The position numbers were made by a program, and so were the translations under genes. A stretch of DNA of 64,000 bases, from contig DATIHL010000015.1 in NCBI GenBank assembly GCA_035480715.1, forward strand, positions 8,384-72,383. Direction: 5' to 3'. The notes below the pieces were generated by a model, which did no database searches, was not told where the DNA came from, and saw only the letters and a list, made by a program, of their open reading frames with translations. Positions 18,654 through 28,204 of the stretch are shown here, one piece after another (position 1 is the first letter of the stretch; each line of letters begins with the position of its first letter). This stretch comes from Candidatus Saccharimonadales bacterium. GTDB lineage: Bacteria; Patescibacteriota; Saccharimonadia; Saccharimonadales; UBA10212.

Positions 18654-18798
18654 TATGAAGCCTCCTGGTTAGGGTTTATCCCAGCCCGCATCGGATATAC
18701 AACTCGGAGTCAAGCTTCGACCCGACCACCTCTGCGGTCAAGCTAATAATATAATAGCATAAGAGTTTTAAAATGTCAATATCATAGCGTTTAGAAGG

Positions 18799-19431
18799 AT
18801 GTTGGAGCCGACGGTGAAATGCGTTAGCATAAGCTTAATAATGAATGCTAATTCACGCCTTCTTCTATTTTCCGTAGTTCTACTAGCGGGCGTCATCGTT
18901 AGTAGTTTAATAATCAACCGAGGATTCAAAAGATTCCATTTTAGCAGAGCCCTGCTATGGATTACATCTGTTGCGATGATTGGAGTAGTAGGTGAAATTT
19001 TTGTGGACTCAATTTACAATGCACTTTTTGGCACTCCTTTATGGCGATATAACTTTCTGCCAATCAATCATGCTTATACATCCAAATATGCTCCCATATT
19101 ATGGGGAACATTCGGATTATTTTTATATTTAGTTCATCATAAATATGAAAGATGGACACCTAGACAGCTGATGCATTTGTCCATCATATTCGGCTTGGAG
19201 GCGTTAGTTATTGAAGCAGTTGCGGATTTAATTTCTAAGCCGATACTTGGTAATTATATATACTACTATTACCCCAGTAACTTGTGGCATATTTCGGCTT
19301 TTCAGAATTTTCCTTTTTATTTCCTATGCGGGAGTCTCATAATCCAAACCATACATTGGTTTAAGACCTCTCCTCATTACTTTACCCACTTAGCTACCTG
19401 GGTAACTATCGTTACAGTTTATCTGAGGTAG
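18799..19431 (+). CDS. Polytopic membrane protein, unknown function
   Basis: Multiple hydrophobic segments. The start may be the M at 18841 (MNANSRLLLF). FGTPLWRYNF weakly resembles the PF06541-type membrane protein family. Confidence 0.5.
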   Translation: MLEPTVKCVSISLIMNANSRLLLFSVVLLAGVIVSSLIINRGFKRFHFSRALLWITSVAMIGVVGEIFVDSIYNALFGTPLWRYNFLPINHAYTSKYAPILWGTFGLFLYLVHHKYERWTPRQLMHLSIIFGLEALVIEAVADLISKPILGNYIYYYYPSNLWHISAFQNFPFYFLCGSLIIQTIHWFKTSPHYFTHLATWVTIVTVYLR

Positions 19432-19474
19432 ATTTCGCTAGGAGCTAATTGGGTTGTGCTGTGAATTTTTACTT

Positions 19475-20062
19475 TCAAGGCCTAGTCTTTATGGGTGAGC
19501 GGACTGCCTCACTAAAGCTTTGCCATGTTTTGTAAAGGAGGTCATCGATTTTTGGCCAATCATTCTTTTCCGGATATTTGTCGCTCTCGTGGGTCAGCAT
19601 CCCGGCAGCTTGGGCACGGTAGCTGGCATATTCTCTTAAATCCTTCGGCTGGCAGTGATACACGACGGCGGCCGCCTCAGCGATACTCTGTTCCAAAGAT
19701 TTATCGTATTTTTCCGGGTAGCGGTGGATATCCCACCACTCCAACTCAAGTTCCGCTGCCTTATGATAGTCGAATGGTTCTACGGAATGGTCCGAGCCGA
19801 CCTTATAAAACTTAACTAAGTTTTTGAGGATCCGGGGATAATTTTCGTGGCCTTTTTGTAGACGATAGATTAACGCTGCTTTGCCGCCATACCAAGCCAG
19901 GCGCGCTGATGAAACCCAGCTGCATTGGAAAGCGGTTCGCATAGAAACTAATAAATAGAAGGCTGGCTTTATGAAATGGTGGTTGTAGTAAGCCCGCCAC
20001 ATTTTTGTTTCTATCTGGGCACATCTTACGAAATCCGCCTTTCGCATGTCTACTTTGGGCAT
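19475..20062 (-). CDS. Hypothetical protein
   Basis: Track ORF 19475..20203 extends 47 codons across tRNA-Leu. I trimmed it to the ATG at 20062 (MPKVDMRKADF...). No recognisable domain. Confidence 0.5.
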   Translation of the reverse strand: MPKVDMRKADFVRCAQIETKMWRAYYNHHFIKPAFYLLVSMRTAFQCSWVSSARLAWYGGKAALIYRLQKGHENYPRILKNLVKFYKVGSDHSVEPFDYHKAAELELEWWDIHRYPEKYDKSLEQSIAEAAAVVYHCQPKDLREYASYRAQAAGMLTHESDKYPEKNDWPKIDDLLYKTWQSFSEAVRSPIKTRP

Positions 20063-20097
20063 AACTGGATTATATAATTGATGGCTAGTTCTTGTAA

Positions 20098-20184
20098 TGG
20101 TGGGCGAGGAGAGACTTGAACTCTCACGGCCTTGCGGCCACGGGATTTTGAGTCCCGCGTGTATACCAATTTCACCACTCGCCC
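20098..20184 (-). tRNA. tRNA-Leu (anticodon CAA), long variable arm, encoded CCA
   Basis: Reverse complement is GGGCGAGTGGTGAAATTGGTATACACGCGGGACTCAAAATCCCGTGGCCGCAAGGCCGTGAGAGTTCAAGTCTCTCCTCGCCCACCA. It has a 7-bp acceptor stem, the anticodon stem-loop CGGGA-CTCAAAA-TCCCG, and a T arm. Confidence 0.9.
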
Positions 20185-20351
20185 TTCGTCGGAATCGAGG
20201 CAACGGTTCCGTAAGTCAACGGCAGTTAACTTACTTACAGCCTCGGCTCGCTTCCTCCTCCCAAGAACGCAACTCGCTACAGATCTTGCGTTTTTGTAAT
20301 AGCTACAGAGCTGCAACAGATTATATTGTACAATACCTATAGCTTTTTCTT

Positions 20352-21602
20352 ATGAATGACAAGCCAAGTGAATTAGATGCATTTTTGCCTTTGCCTAACG
20401 ATCCGCAGAAACCAGACCCAGCGGATGATGATTCTGATGATGATCAAGATGAGGTTGATAACCCAGCGGCAGATTTAATACGCCAAAAGGTCGAAGCTGC
20501 CTACGCAGATGAGCCCGATGCTGCAACTGAAGCATTAGACATCAATGCTGCCGCTCCAGCTGCCGTGCAGTCTAAGCACCAACAGTTTATTTATGATTTA
20601 ACTGGCTCAGGTAAATCGTTAGCAGAAATCCAGATGGCCTGGCACGACTACTACGCCGGTTTAACTGACATTGAAAAACACCAGGTCTGGCAGGAGTTTT
20701 ACTCCTCGCAAGCAGCTGAATCAAATTTTCCAGCTGCTGCAAATATTCTGGCGCCCGCTGAAACTAAACCTCCAGCTGCTGTAAAAGCAGCTCCGGCTAC
20801 TGAGGATTATCCAAAACCAATCGAAACCATTACGCGTACATTAGTTGACCTAAAAGAGCAGATACTGCGCAGCGTCCCTAAACGAAAAGGGCCTAAGAAA
20901 CCAATGAACTCGCTGCTGTTCGGCGTGAGCGTCGGAGCAATTGTAGTGTTGGTATTTTTATTCAGTTTTTTTAATGAGCGCTTTATAGCGCCGTTCATCC
21001 AACCTAGCCGTAGCTTAAGTAATGTGCCGCTAATTACCGACAATTCAGCGGTTGGACCCAACCCGGAGGTTATTATTCCCAAAATTAACGTCGAAATACC
21101 AGTAGTCTATGACGTGAATACTATAAATGAAGCGGCTATTGATGGAGCCCTGGAAAACGGTGTGGTACATTATGCCGACACAGCCATGCCTGGCCAGGAC
21201 GGTAATGTAGTTATTGTGGGCCACTCTAGTAACAATATTTTTAACAAGGGTAAGTATAAATTTGCATTCGTGCTTTTAAGCCGCCTGGAGCCCGGTGACA
21301 CCTTTTATCTGCAAAAAGATGGCAAGCGTTATACCTATCAGGTGTATCAGAAGAAGGTTGTTAAGCCCAATGATGTATCAGTGCTAGGCACGACAGAAAA
21401 GCCCGCAACAGCCACGCTGATTACCTGTGACCCGCCAGGCACCAGTGTCAATCGCCTCGTCGTGACAGGTGAGCAGATTAACCCAGATCCTGGCGCTAAC
21501 TCCGCAAAGTCCTCCGACAATCAATTAGCAACGCAGTCCAAGACTATTCCGGGAAATGCTCAAAGCCTGTGGGCCCGTTTTGTTAAGTGGCTAAGCCACT
21601 AG
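20352..21602 (+). CDS. Sortase family transpeptidase (class E-like) with an acidic N-terminal region and a TM anchor
   Basis: VIVGHSSN (His), LITCDPPGTSVNRLVV (TLxTC Cys) and a TM segment LLFGVSVGAIVVLVFLFSFF. Confidence 0.8.
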   Translation: MNDKPSELDAFLPLPNDPQKPDPADDDSDDDQDEVDNPAADLIRQKVEAAYADEPDAATEALDINAAAPAAVQSKHQQFIYDLTGSGKSLAEIQMAWHDYYAGLTDIEKHQVWQEFYSSQAAESNFPAAANILAPAETKPPAAVKAAPATEDYPKPIETITRTLVDLKEQILRSVPKRKGPKKPMNSLLFGVSVGAIVVLVFLFSFFNERFIAPFIQPSRSLSNVPLITDNSAVGPNPEVIIPKINVEIPVVYDVNTINEAAIDGALENGVVHYADTAMPGQDGNVVIVGHSSNNIFNKGKYKFAFVLLSRLEPGDTFYLQKDGKRYTYQVYQKKVVKPNDVSVLGTTEKPATATLITCDPPGTSVNRLVVTGEQINPDPGANSAKSSDNQLATQSKTIPGNAQSLWARFVKWLSH

Positions 21603-23096
21603 CTACTGGGCTGTTTTAGGCAGATCAACGCCGGCGCGCATATCGACGCTTTCTAAAGTTATACCGCCAGCGCCACTAGATATCGTAAACAGGTGCTTAT
21701 AATCACGGTCAAAAAAACCGCCTTGAGGGTCGATTGTCGGCACCACCAGCTGCTGGTTGATTGAATCATAATCGGTCACAAAGACCGAGCCACCACTGGC
21801 ACCTATTAGACGATGTCCGTCCATCCAGTGCAGCAAATCAGCCAGAGGTGTTGTTAGGGTGTAGTGATAGGCGCTTTGAGCTTCAATATCGTATACCACC
21901 AGCTCCTGTCCGGCTTCTGCCTCTATAAAACGGGTATTGGTCGAGAAAGAAACCTTAGAGGCATCTTTTATATTCAGTGAAAGAAGCGGAACGGCTTTAC
22001 CGACAGCGGGGTCCCTAATGCCGCTTAACGGATCCTTGTATAGATTGATTCGCTCATCGGTATTGCTGCCAGCAATGTAATACCAGTGACTCTGAAACTG
22101 TGCCATATCAATCAGGTATTTAGAACCGGCTGAAAAAACATAGAGTGGATAGGACTTATTGCCATCCCAGATGCGGGCTGTCACTTCGCCCGATGACATA
22201 CCTTGCGCGGTAACATAGGTAATTAGATCAGCCCCGCTAGGTTTAAAGGCCAGTACGTTTTTAAGCAGCGGTGTAACGGTAGAGTTTCCGATATTTGCAA
22301 TTTGTAAATCACCCGAATCTTTACTCCATATATATAGCTGATCGAACTTCTTGTTGCGCAGTGCAACTTCTGATGGAGAGAGAGCCAAGAGCTTATTTAC
22401 ATTGATCGATTCAGTTGGGATGTCACGGTTAAAGATAATAAATTCTGTGCCGCCGTTGTAAGTATGCTGCAACAAAAGATGTTTGTTGTCCGTAGACCAT
22501 TCAACCTCTTTGAGCGTACTGCCTGCTTGGTCGGCATTTGTCAGAAGCCCAGCTGGCATAGCCAGAGTTTTAGTAGCTATTGGCAGACTGGCTGTATCGT
22601 ATTCATCAAATGTAACGACGCCAGAGGAAGATTCTGGCGTCTCGACCAAAAGCCAACGCCGGTCAGGACTCTGGCTCAGTAAGGGCGGCGTAGCTGAGTA
22701 GGCTTTGACAGCTTGGACCACCGGCTTTACAGGGAAAAGAAAAGGGTATACGTAGCGGGCGATTGAATGCTCTGTCAGAGTAAAACTACGCTCCCAAGTA
22801 CGATAGCCATCTTTTTTAAGCGTTAATTTGTAAGCACCGGCAGGCAGAATTAGCCGCGATGCCGTAGTAGAACCCTGTGTCTTATCGTTTAAATATATAT
22901 TGGTGCCACCAGGCTGTGAATCAACAAATAAAAGGCCGTTTTGGATAATATCGCCGGTTTTGGTGTTTATGCCATAGCCGTAAGCGCCATAAACAAGCAG
23001 TACAGCGCCTAGTGCGATGGCAATAGCAATCAGCACATAGCCTATCATCAGGCGGATGGAGTGGGCTCGGCGTTTACGGGGGTCCAAGAAATCCAT
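21603..23096 (-). CDS. PEGA domain-containing envelope protein with a C-terminal beta-rich (propeller-like) region
   Basis: N-terminal TM segment, then LFVDSQPGGTNIYLNDKTQG...PAGAYKLTLKKDGYRTWERSF, which fits the PEGA pattern. Confidence 0.7.
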   Translation of the reverse strand: MDFLDPRKRRAHSIRLMIGYVLIAIAIALGAVLLVYGAYGYGINTKTGDIIQNGLLFVDSQPGGTNIYLNDKTQGSTTASRLILPAGAYKLTLKKDGYRTWERSFTLTEHSIARYVYPFLFPVKPVVQAVKAYSATPPLLSQSPDRRWLLVETPESSSGVVTFDEYDTASLPIATKTLAMPAGLLTNADQAGSTLKEVEWSTDNKHLLLQHTYNGGTEFIIFNRDIPTESINVNKLLALSPSEVALRNKKFDQLYIWSKDSGDLQIANIGNSTVTPLLKNVLAFKPSGADLITYVTAQGMSSGEVTARIWDGNKSYPLYVFSAGSKYLIDMAQFQSHWYYIAGSNTDERINLYKDPLSGIRDPAVGKAVPLLSLNIKDASKVSFSTNTRFIEAEAGQELVVYDIEAQSAYHYTLTTPLADLLHWMDGHRLIGASGGSVFVTDYDSINQQLVVPTIDPQGGFFDRDYKHLFTISSGAGGITLESVDMRAGVDLPKTAQ

Positions 23097-23148
23097 ATGT
23101 CTAGTTTATCTCGATAAGGTTTATTTTAGCTGAGAGCTGTCTCTAGTA

Positions 23149-23177
23149 TTGCATACAATTAAGCAGTAGTGTATTAT
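23149..23177 (+). promoter_or_regulatory. Candidate sigma70-type promoter for the 23215 gene
   Basis: TTGCAT (23149-23154), a 17-nt spacer, then TATTAT (23172-23177). Confidence 0.35.
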
Positions 23178-23214
23178 AGAATTTATTGCAAAAAACGAGG
23201 GCCACTAAACTTCC

Positions 23215-24357
23215 GTGGGAAAAAAGCCAAGCGTCATAGAAATAAACGGTAACCGTTACGACGCCATCACAGGACAACTACTCGGAGCTGTAAAAAGAAC
23301 CAGCTCAATGCTTAAACCACCCTCGACGAGCCAAGTAATTGACGGTTTTAGACGCCAAGCTGAGATTAATCCGGCTATTCGAAAGGTGGCTGCAACCATA
23401 TCACCGGTAAAACATCGCTCCACAACTGCTAAAAAACACCTAACAAAGCCGGCGAATACAGTTCATAGCCGCACGCAGCGCTCAAAAACGCTAATGCGCG
23501 GCCTGGTAGTTCGACCAAGTTCACTAAAGTCCACTACACAAAAACCGTCAGGTCATAAGAAACAGACACGCCCATCAAACTCCGCCCGTCTATCTAAAGT
23601 TATGGGAATAGCTAAAAACTCATCTGTTAAACATTTTGGCAGTCCGATTGCCACCCGCAAGTCGTCGCTCCATTCGCATAAATCTTCGATCGCAAATAGA
23701 TCCTTAAGCGGTGAAATTATGCACCCTAAAACCAGCATGGGTTCGGCAGCCGCGGTCGTTCAGCCAATGCCAGGTATGATCACTAGCGTGTCGCACGACC
23801 GGCTTGAACGAATGCTTGATGAAGCGCTAATCAAAGCCGACACCCATAAACAAGCTTTAAAAGGAAGACTGCGCTCAAATAGTAGTTTTTTGCGGTGGTC
23901 TAAACGGGCGCCTACATGGATGGTTGTTAGTTTAACGGCCGCTATTATTGTGGTCGTGGCAGGCCTTTTTGCCTGGCGTAATATTCCTCAGGCCTCTATG
24001 AAACTTGCCTCTATGAGAGCTAATGTTAAGGCATCTGTGCCAACATATACGCCGTCTGGATTTAAGTTTGCCGGCCCGGCGAAATACAATAACGGTGTAC
24101 TATCTATTACTTACAAAGCTGGTAACCGCTCGTTTGTTATTACTCAGCAAGCCACTAATTGGGATAGCTCTTCGCTTGAGACTAATGCCGTTCCTCACAA
24201 TTCACAAGTGCAGACATCTCAGGTTAAAGGAAATACGGTGTATATTTACGGCTCTACCAACAATGCTACTTGGGTTAACGACGGTGTCCGCCATACCATC
24301 CAAAACAGTGCCAGCCTAAATTCTGAGCAACTACTCAAAATAGCCGACAGCTTCTAG
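23215..24357 (+). CDS. Membrane-anchored protein with a basic Ser-rich N-terminal region and a DUF4367-like C-terminal domain
   Basis: GTG start. TM segment WMVVSLTAAIIVVVAGLFAW. The C-terminal VPTYTPSGFKF...LSITYKAGNRSFVITQQ resembles the DUF4367 domain found in anti-sigma-type proteins. Confidence 0.5.
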   Translation: MGKKPSVIEINGNRYDAITGQLLGAVKRTSSMLKPPSTSQVIDGFRRQAEINPAIRKVAATISPVKHRSTTAKKHLTKPANTVHSRTQRSKTLMRGLVVRPSSLKSTTQKPSGHKKQTRPSNSARLSKVMGIAKNSSVKHFGSPIATRKSSLHSHKSSIANRSLSGEIMHPKTSMGSAAAVVQPMPGMITSVSHDRLERMLDEALIKADTHKQALKGRLRSNSSFLRWSKRAPTWMVVSLTAAIIVVVAGLFAWRNIPQASMKLASMRANVKASVPTYTPSGFKFAGPAKYNNGVLSITYKAGNRSFVITQQATNWDSSSLETNAVPHNSQVQTSQVKGNTVYIYGSTNNATWVNDGVRHTIQNSASLNSEQLLKIADSF

Positions 24358-24408
24358 GCTAGAGTCGTGGGTTATAGGGTCGCAGAATTATAGGTTAAAA
24401 TAAAACCT

Positions 24409-25821
24409 ATGACAGTTCGCACTAGATTTGCCCCTTCGCCTACGGGGTTTTTACATGTAGGCGGTGTACGCACAGCATTATTCGCCTGGCTGGTGGCCCG
24501 CCAAGCCAATGGAGAATTTCTACTCAGGATTGAGGACACCGACAGGGAGCGGCATATCGAAGAAGCTGAGAGGCATATCCTTGACTCGCTAAAATGGTTG
24601 GGCTTGGACTGGAGCGGTGAAATTTATCGCCAGAGCGAACAACTGGATACCTACAAAGAATGGGCTCAAAAATTGATAGACAAGGGGCGTGCCTATACAG
24701 ATCCACGCAGCGCCGATGAAGTTAGTGCCTTACGAGCCAATTCAAAGCTATCGAAAAAACCCTTTCTATTCCGGGATCACCGGCTCGACAATCCGCCGGG
24801 CTGGAATGGCAGCCAGCCACTACGGCTTAAATCCGAGCCAAAGGCCTACCAGTGGCACGATGAAGTCATGGGAGATTTGAGTACCGGGCCAGAAGTTATC
24901 GACGATTTTATCCTAATGAAGTCCGATGGCTATCCGACCTATGACTTTGCCCACATTGTTGATGACCATCTGATGGGAATCAGTCACGTGATGCGCTCAC
25001 AAGAATTCGCTTCATCAACTCCTAAATACCTAAATCTTTACGAGGCGCTGGAAATCGAGCACCCAAAACTTGCCTTGCTGCCTTATGTATTGGCGCCAGA
25101 CGGTAAAAAAAAGCTATCTAAGCGCGATGGGGCCAAAGACGTGCTTCACTATATGCGTGAAGGTTTTTTGCCTGAGGCGCTGATCAACTTCTTGGCGACT
25201 CTGGGCTGGAACGATGGAACAGAGCAGGAAATCTTTTCAGTTGATGAGCTGATTAAAAAATTTAGCCTGGAGAGAGTACAGAAGAGCGGCGCGAAGTTTG
25301 ACGAACAGCGGCTAGAGTGGATGAATGGCCATTACATCCGGCACTTACCCCTGAATGAACTTTATGCACACTCAATGGGCTTTTGGCTAAAGAGCACCGA
25401 AAATCAACCCGATAAATACAAAAAAGCTGTATTAGCGCTAGTGCAAGAGCGTTTAAAATACCTATCTGAGCTACCGAAGCTAACAAATTTCTTTTTCGAA
25501 GATTTACCAATAGATCTCAAATTAATCGATGGTAACAAGCAACTCAGCAATCTTTCACGCGGTGAACAAATAAATCTACTGGAAAAAGCTAAGGAGCGGC
25601 TGAGCGAAAGCGACTTTTCGAGCGACAGCCTAACTAAAGTTTTAAATGATCTTTTAGAAGAAACCGGTCAGAAACCGGGAGTACTTTTTAGCCTTATTCG
25701 CATAGCAACAACCTGGGCAGATGCTAGCCCCGGACTGGCAGAGACGCTGTCTTTGCTAGGCAAAGACAAAGGTCTGGAGCGTTTACAGAGGTCGATTGTC
25801 GTACTAGAACACAAATCATAA
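24409..25821 (+). CDS. gltX: Glutamate--tRNA ligase
   Basis: RFAPSPTGFLHVGGVRTALF (HIGH) and KLSKR (KMSKS), 470 aa. Confidence 0.92.
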   Translation: MTVRTRFAPSPTGFLHVGGVRTALFAWLVARQANGEFLLRIEDTDRERHIEEAERHILDSLKWLGLDWSGEIYRQSEQLDTYKEWAQKLIDKGRAYTDPRSADEVSALRANSKLSKKPFLFRDHRLDNPPGWNGSQPLRLKSEPKAYQWHDEVMGDLSTGPEVIDDFILMKSDGYPTYDFAHIVDDHLMGISHVMRSQEFASSTPKYLNLYEALEIEHPKLALLPYVLAPDGKKKLSKRDGAKDVLHYMREGFLPEALINFLATLGWNDGTEQEIFSVDELIKKFSLERVQKSGAKFDEQRLEWMNGHYIRHLPLNELYAHSMGFWLKSTENQPDKYKKAVLALVQERLKYLSELPKLTNFFFEDLPIDLKLIDGNKQLSNLSRGEQINLLEKAKERLSESDFSSDSLTKVLNDLLEETGQKPGVLFSLIRIATTWADASPGLAETLSLLGKDKGLERLQRSIVVLEHKS

Positions 25822-25845
25822 GGGTTATGTTAAAATAAGCGGGTA

Positions 25846-27102
25846 GTGTTTCAAGACATAAAGCCGCCAAAAAGGTCGGATTCCAAGTCGGTTAGCCATA
25901 AGTCGCTCGCCAATTTAGGTGGGCACGCTATCAATAAAGCCCGGCAGCAAATACACGAAATCCCGAATGAAGTTATTGAGGCCATTGATTTAGACGAAAA
26001 AGCTGAGAAAAATGAGAAGGTGCGCTTCCGCAGGCTAAAGGGCTGGTGGCGCCACATTGGTGAGAATCGGCGTTTTGCTATAGTCAGCGCTGCACTATTG
26101 ATTTTTATAACCGGAGCTATAGTTTATTTCTATTTCACACGCCCATCTTCCCAGACATCGATAGCAATTACTAAGCACGCTAAAAAGCCACCGGCACCAA
26201 CTACGCTGGCTTCACCACTAACCGGTGTGCAGGTGGCTCCTGAGCTGGCTAGTAGACCGGTTACGGGCATAATGATAGAAAATAGCTTGGACGCACGGCC
26301 ACAATCTGGTATCGAGCAGGCTGGAGTGATTTTTGAAGCCATCGCCGAAGGTGGCATAACTCGTTTTTTGACGCTTTATCAAGACGCCCAGCCGCAATAC
26401 ATCGGCCCAGTACGCTCATTAAGGCCATACTACATAGACTGGGCTACGCCGTTTGACGCCAGTATCGCGCACGTAGGTGGCAGCCCTGAGGCCCTGGCGC
26501 AGATCCGCAGCGGTGGCAAGGATCTGGACCAGTTCTTTAATTCTGGCAGCTACTGGCGGCAGTCAACGCGCGCGGCTCCGCACAATGTTTACACTAGCTT
26601 TGAGCGGATGGACGCACTTAATAAAATCAAGGGTTATACCAGCAGCCATTTTACTTCGTGGCCCCGCAAAGCTGATAAACCTATCGCCGTACCGACCGCC
26701 AAATCAATTGATGTCAATATAGCGAGTTTTTACTTTAACTCGCACTATGACTATGACGCATCTACTAACAGCTACTTCCGCTTTGAAGGTGGAGCACCGC
26801 ACAAGACCATAACGTCTTCTTCAGATGCCAATGCCCAGCAGCTACATCCCAAGGTACTCATCGCGCTGGTGATGCCATATAGCATTGAGGCAGACGGACA
26901 ACATAGCGCATATAGCACTTATGGCAATGGTGTGGCTTATGTCTTTGAAGACGGCGGAGTGACGCAGGGTTTATGGACTAAAGCGAACCGGGCAGACCAA
27001 TTCAAATTTACCGATGCCAGCGGCGCTCCGGTAAAGCTCAACGCCGGCCAAACTTGGGTGGTGCCAGTCGCCAGAGCTGACATGGTAGTTTACAGACCGT
27101 AG
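25846..27102 (+). CDS. DUF3048 domain-containing membrane-anchored protein (YerB-like)
   Basis: TM segment, then PVTGIMIENSLDARPQSGIEQAGVIFEAIAEGGITRFLTLYQ, typical of DUF3048. Confidence 0.75.
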   Translation: MFQDIKPPKRSDSKSVSHKSLANLGGHAINKARQQIHEIPNEVIEAIDLDEKAEKNEKVRFRRLKGWWRHIGENRRFAIVSAALLIFITGAIVYFYFTRPSSQTSIAITKHAKKPPAPTTLASPLTGVQVAPELASRPVTGIMIENSLDARPQSGIEQAGVIFEAIAEGGITRFLTLYQDAQPQYIGPVRSLRPYYIDWATPFDASIAHVGGSPEALAQIRSGGKDLDQFFNSGSYWRQSTRAAPHNVYTSFERMDALNKIKGYTSSHFTSWPRKADKPIAVPTAKSIDVNIASFYFNSHYDYDASTNSYFRFEGGAPHKTITSSSDANAQQLHPKVLIALVMPYSIEADGQHSAYSTYGNGVAYVFEDGGVTQGLWTKANRADQFKFTDASGAPVKLNAGQTWVVPVARADMVVYRP

Positions 27103-27273
27103 ATTGGCCAATTACCCCTGTTTTTGATACAATCTCCTCTGTTACTTCGTCTAAACAATTTTGTAAAATCGTGCTTTAGCGGATGTTTACAAAATTGAGA
27201 GGAGAAGCGTAGCCTTAAGCCGAAGCTTTTGACTCAGCTAGGCAAAACGAGGCAGAGGCGTAAGCTTTGACGC

Positions 27274-27348
27274 GGTCCCATCGTCTAGTGGTCAGGACAC
27301 CAGGTTCTCATCCTGGTAACAGGGGTTCGACTCCCCTTGGGATCACCA
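27274..27348 (+). tRNA. tRNA-Glu (anticodon CUC), encoded CCA
   Basis: GGTCCCATCGTCTAGTGGTCAGGACACCAGGTTCTCATCCTGGTAACAGGGGTTCGACTCCCCTTGGGATCACCA. The acceptor stem is GGTCCCA/TGGGATC and the anticodon loop is TTCTCAT. Confidence 0.9.
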
Positions 27349-27499
27349 TGAGAAAACTGAAGGATTTGTGGCAGTAGAACAATCAAGAGGTCAGGTTTAT
27401 GAAACGGCCGCGTAGGCCAAATATTGTCGAGTCTATCAAAGTGGCATAAAGTCAATATTGCTAAGCCAAATCTTGTTGGCGTAGAATTAAATTAGCCGT

Positions 27500-27566
27500 G
27501 TGAGGGCTTCCGCTCACCACTTAAATCTGTAAGTGGTGAGGGATTCCTCCTTGCAGACTACTTACA
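27500..27566 (+). promoter_or_regulatory. Leader segment with mutually exclusive helices upstream of the small-ORF/dinB operon
   Basis: Segment 27528-27540 pairs either with 27513-27523 (an 11-bp perfect stem CTCACCACTTA/TAAGTGGTGAG with a 6-nt loop) or with 27557-27566 (10 bp including one G-U). The direct repeat GTGAGGG(C/A)TTCC occurs at 27500 and 27536. Confidence 0.4.
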
Positions 27567-27791
27567 ACTCTTGGGCGGTATACTCCGGTCCCTGCCGATC
27601 CCTCAAAAACAATTAGCTCCCAGTAATGGAATCATAATAGACGGTTAGGGTTCTTAGCTGGTAGCGGGGTATAAAATCCGTCTGCTGAGTCGCTTTACAT
27701 GCGACAATCGGTTCTTTTTTAATTAACTTTAAGCTCAGCAGAACCCGCACAAATTTTCTTCGAAAACTTAGGCGGGCAAAGGGAGAAAATC

Positions 27792-28106
27792 ATGGAAAAC
27801 GTAGTTAATATCAATAAAGAAGTCAGCATCGTAGCCTACTATTTTAAAAACGGCCTCAGGCGCCTAAGGTGCTTTCCGAAAAGGATGGAATATCAGGGCA
27901 GGGTCATAGAATTTAGCGAAACCGGGCTGCGACATCCAACCAAGAAGGGACAGCGCATGATCCATGTGTTTGATATGACCGACGGCAGCGCCGATTACCG
28001 GCTGGAATTCGATGCCGAACATCTAACTTGGACACTGGTATCAATAGCTGACGTTACTGATTCACGCCAGGACATGAATTATGCCTCATCTCCAGCTGCC
28101 GCTTAA
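27792..28106 (+). CDS. Hypothetical 104-aa protein encoded directly upstream of the Y-family polymerase
   Basis: GGGAG lies 6 nt upstream of the ATG. I recognise no domain. Confidence 0.5.
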   Translation: MENVVNINKEVSIVAYYFKNGLRRLRCFPKRMEYQGRVIEFSETGLRHPTKKGQRMIHVFDMTDGSADYRLEFDAEHLTWTLVSIADVTDSRQDMNYASSPAAA

Positions 28107-28153
28107 GGGCCTTCGGCCCATAAGATACCTCGCATCGCGGGTTTCTCATCGCG

Positions 28154-28180
28154 CCGACAAAATGGAATACATTTTGTCGG
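28154..28180 (+). promoter_or_regulatory. Intercistronic 11-bp perfect hairpin between the 104-aa ORF and dinB
   Basis: CCGACAAAATG (28154-28164), loop GAATA, then CATTTTGTCGG (28170-28180). It is preceded by the GC hairpin GGGCC-TTC-GGCCC at 28107-28119. No U-tract follows either hairpin. Confidence 0.5.
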
Positions 28181-28204
28181 GCTGCTCTTCCCGAGGAAAC
28201 AGCG

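Noticed and set aside
19475-20203. The full-length track ORF (242 aa), whose first 47 codons run across tRNA-Leu.
   Set aside because: The N-terminal extension is the reverse-strand reading of the tRNA gene and its flank. I trimmed the CDS to the ATG at 20062.
21603-21629. The C-terminal LPKTAQ of the PEGA protein as a sortase sorting signal, next to the sortase gene.
   Set aside because: The motif lacks the Gly and is not followed by a hydrophobic segment and positively charged tail. It is probably coincidental.
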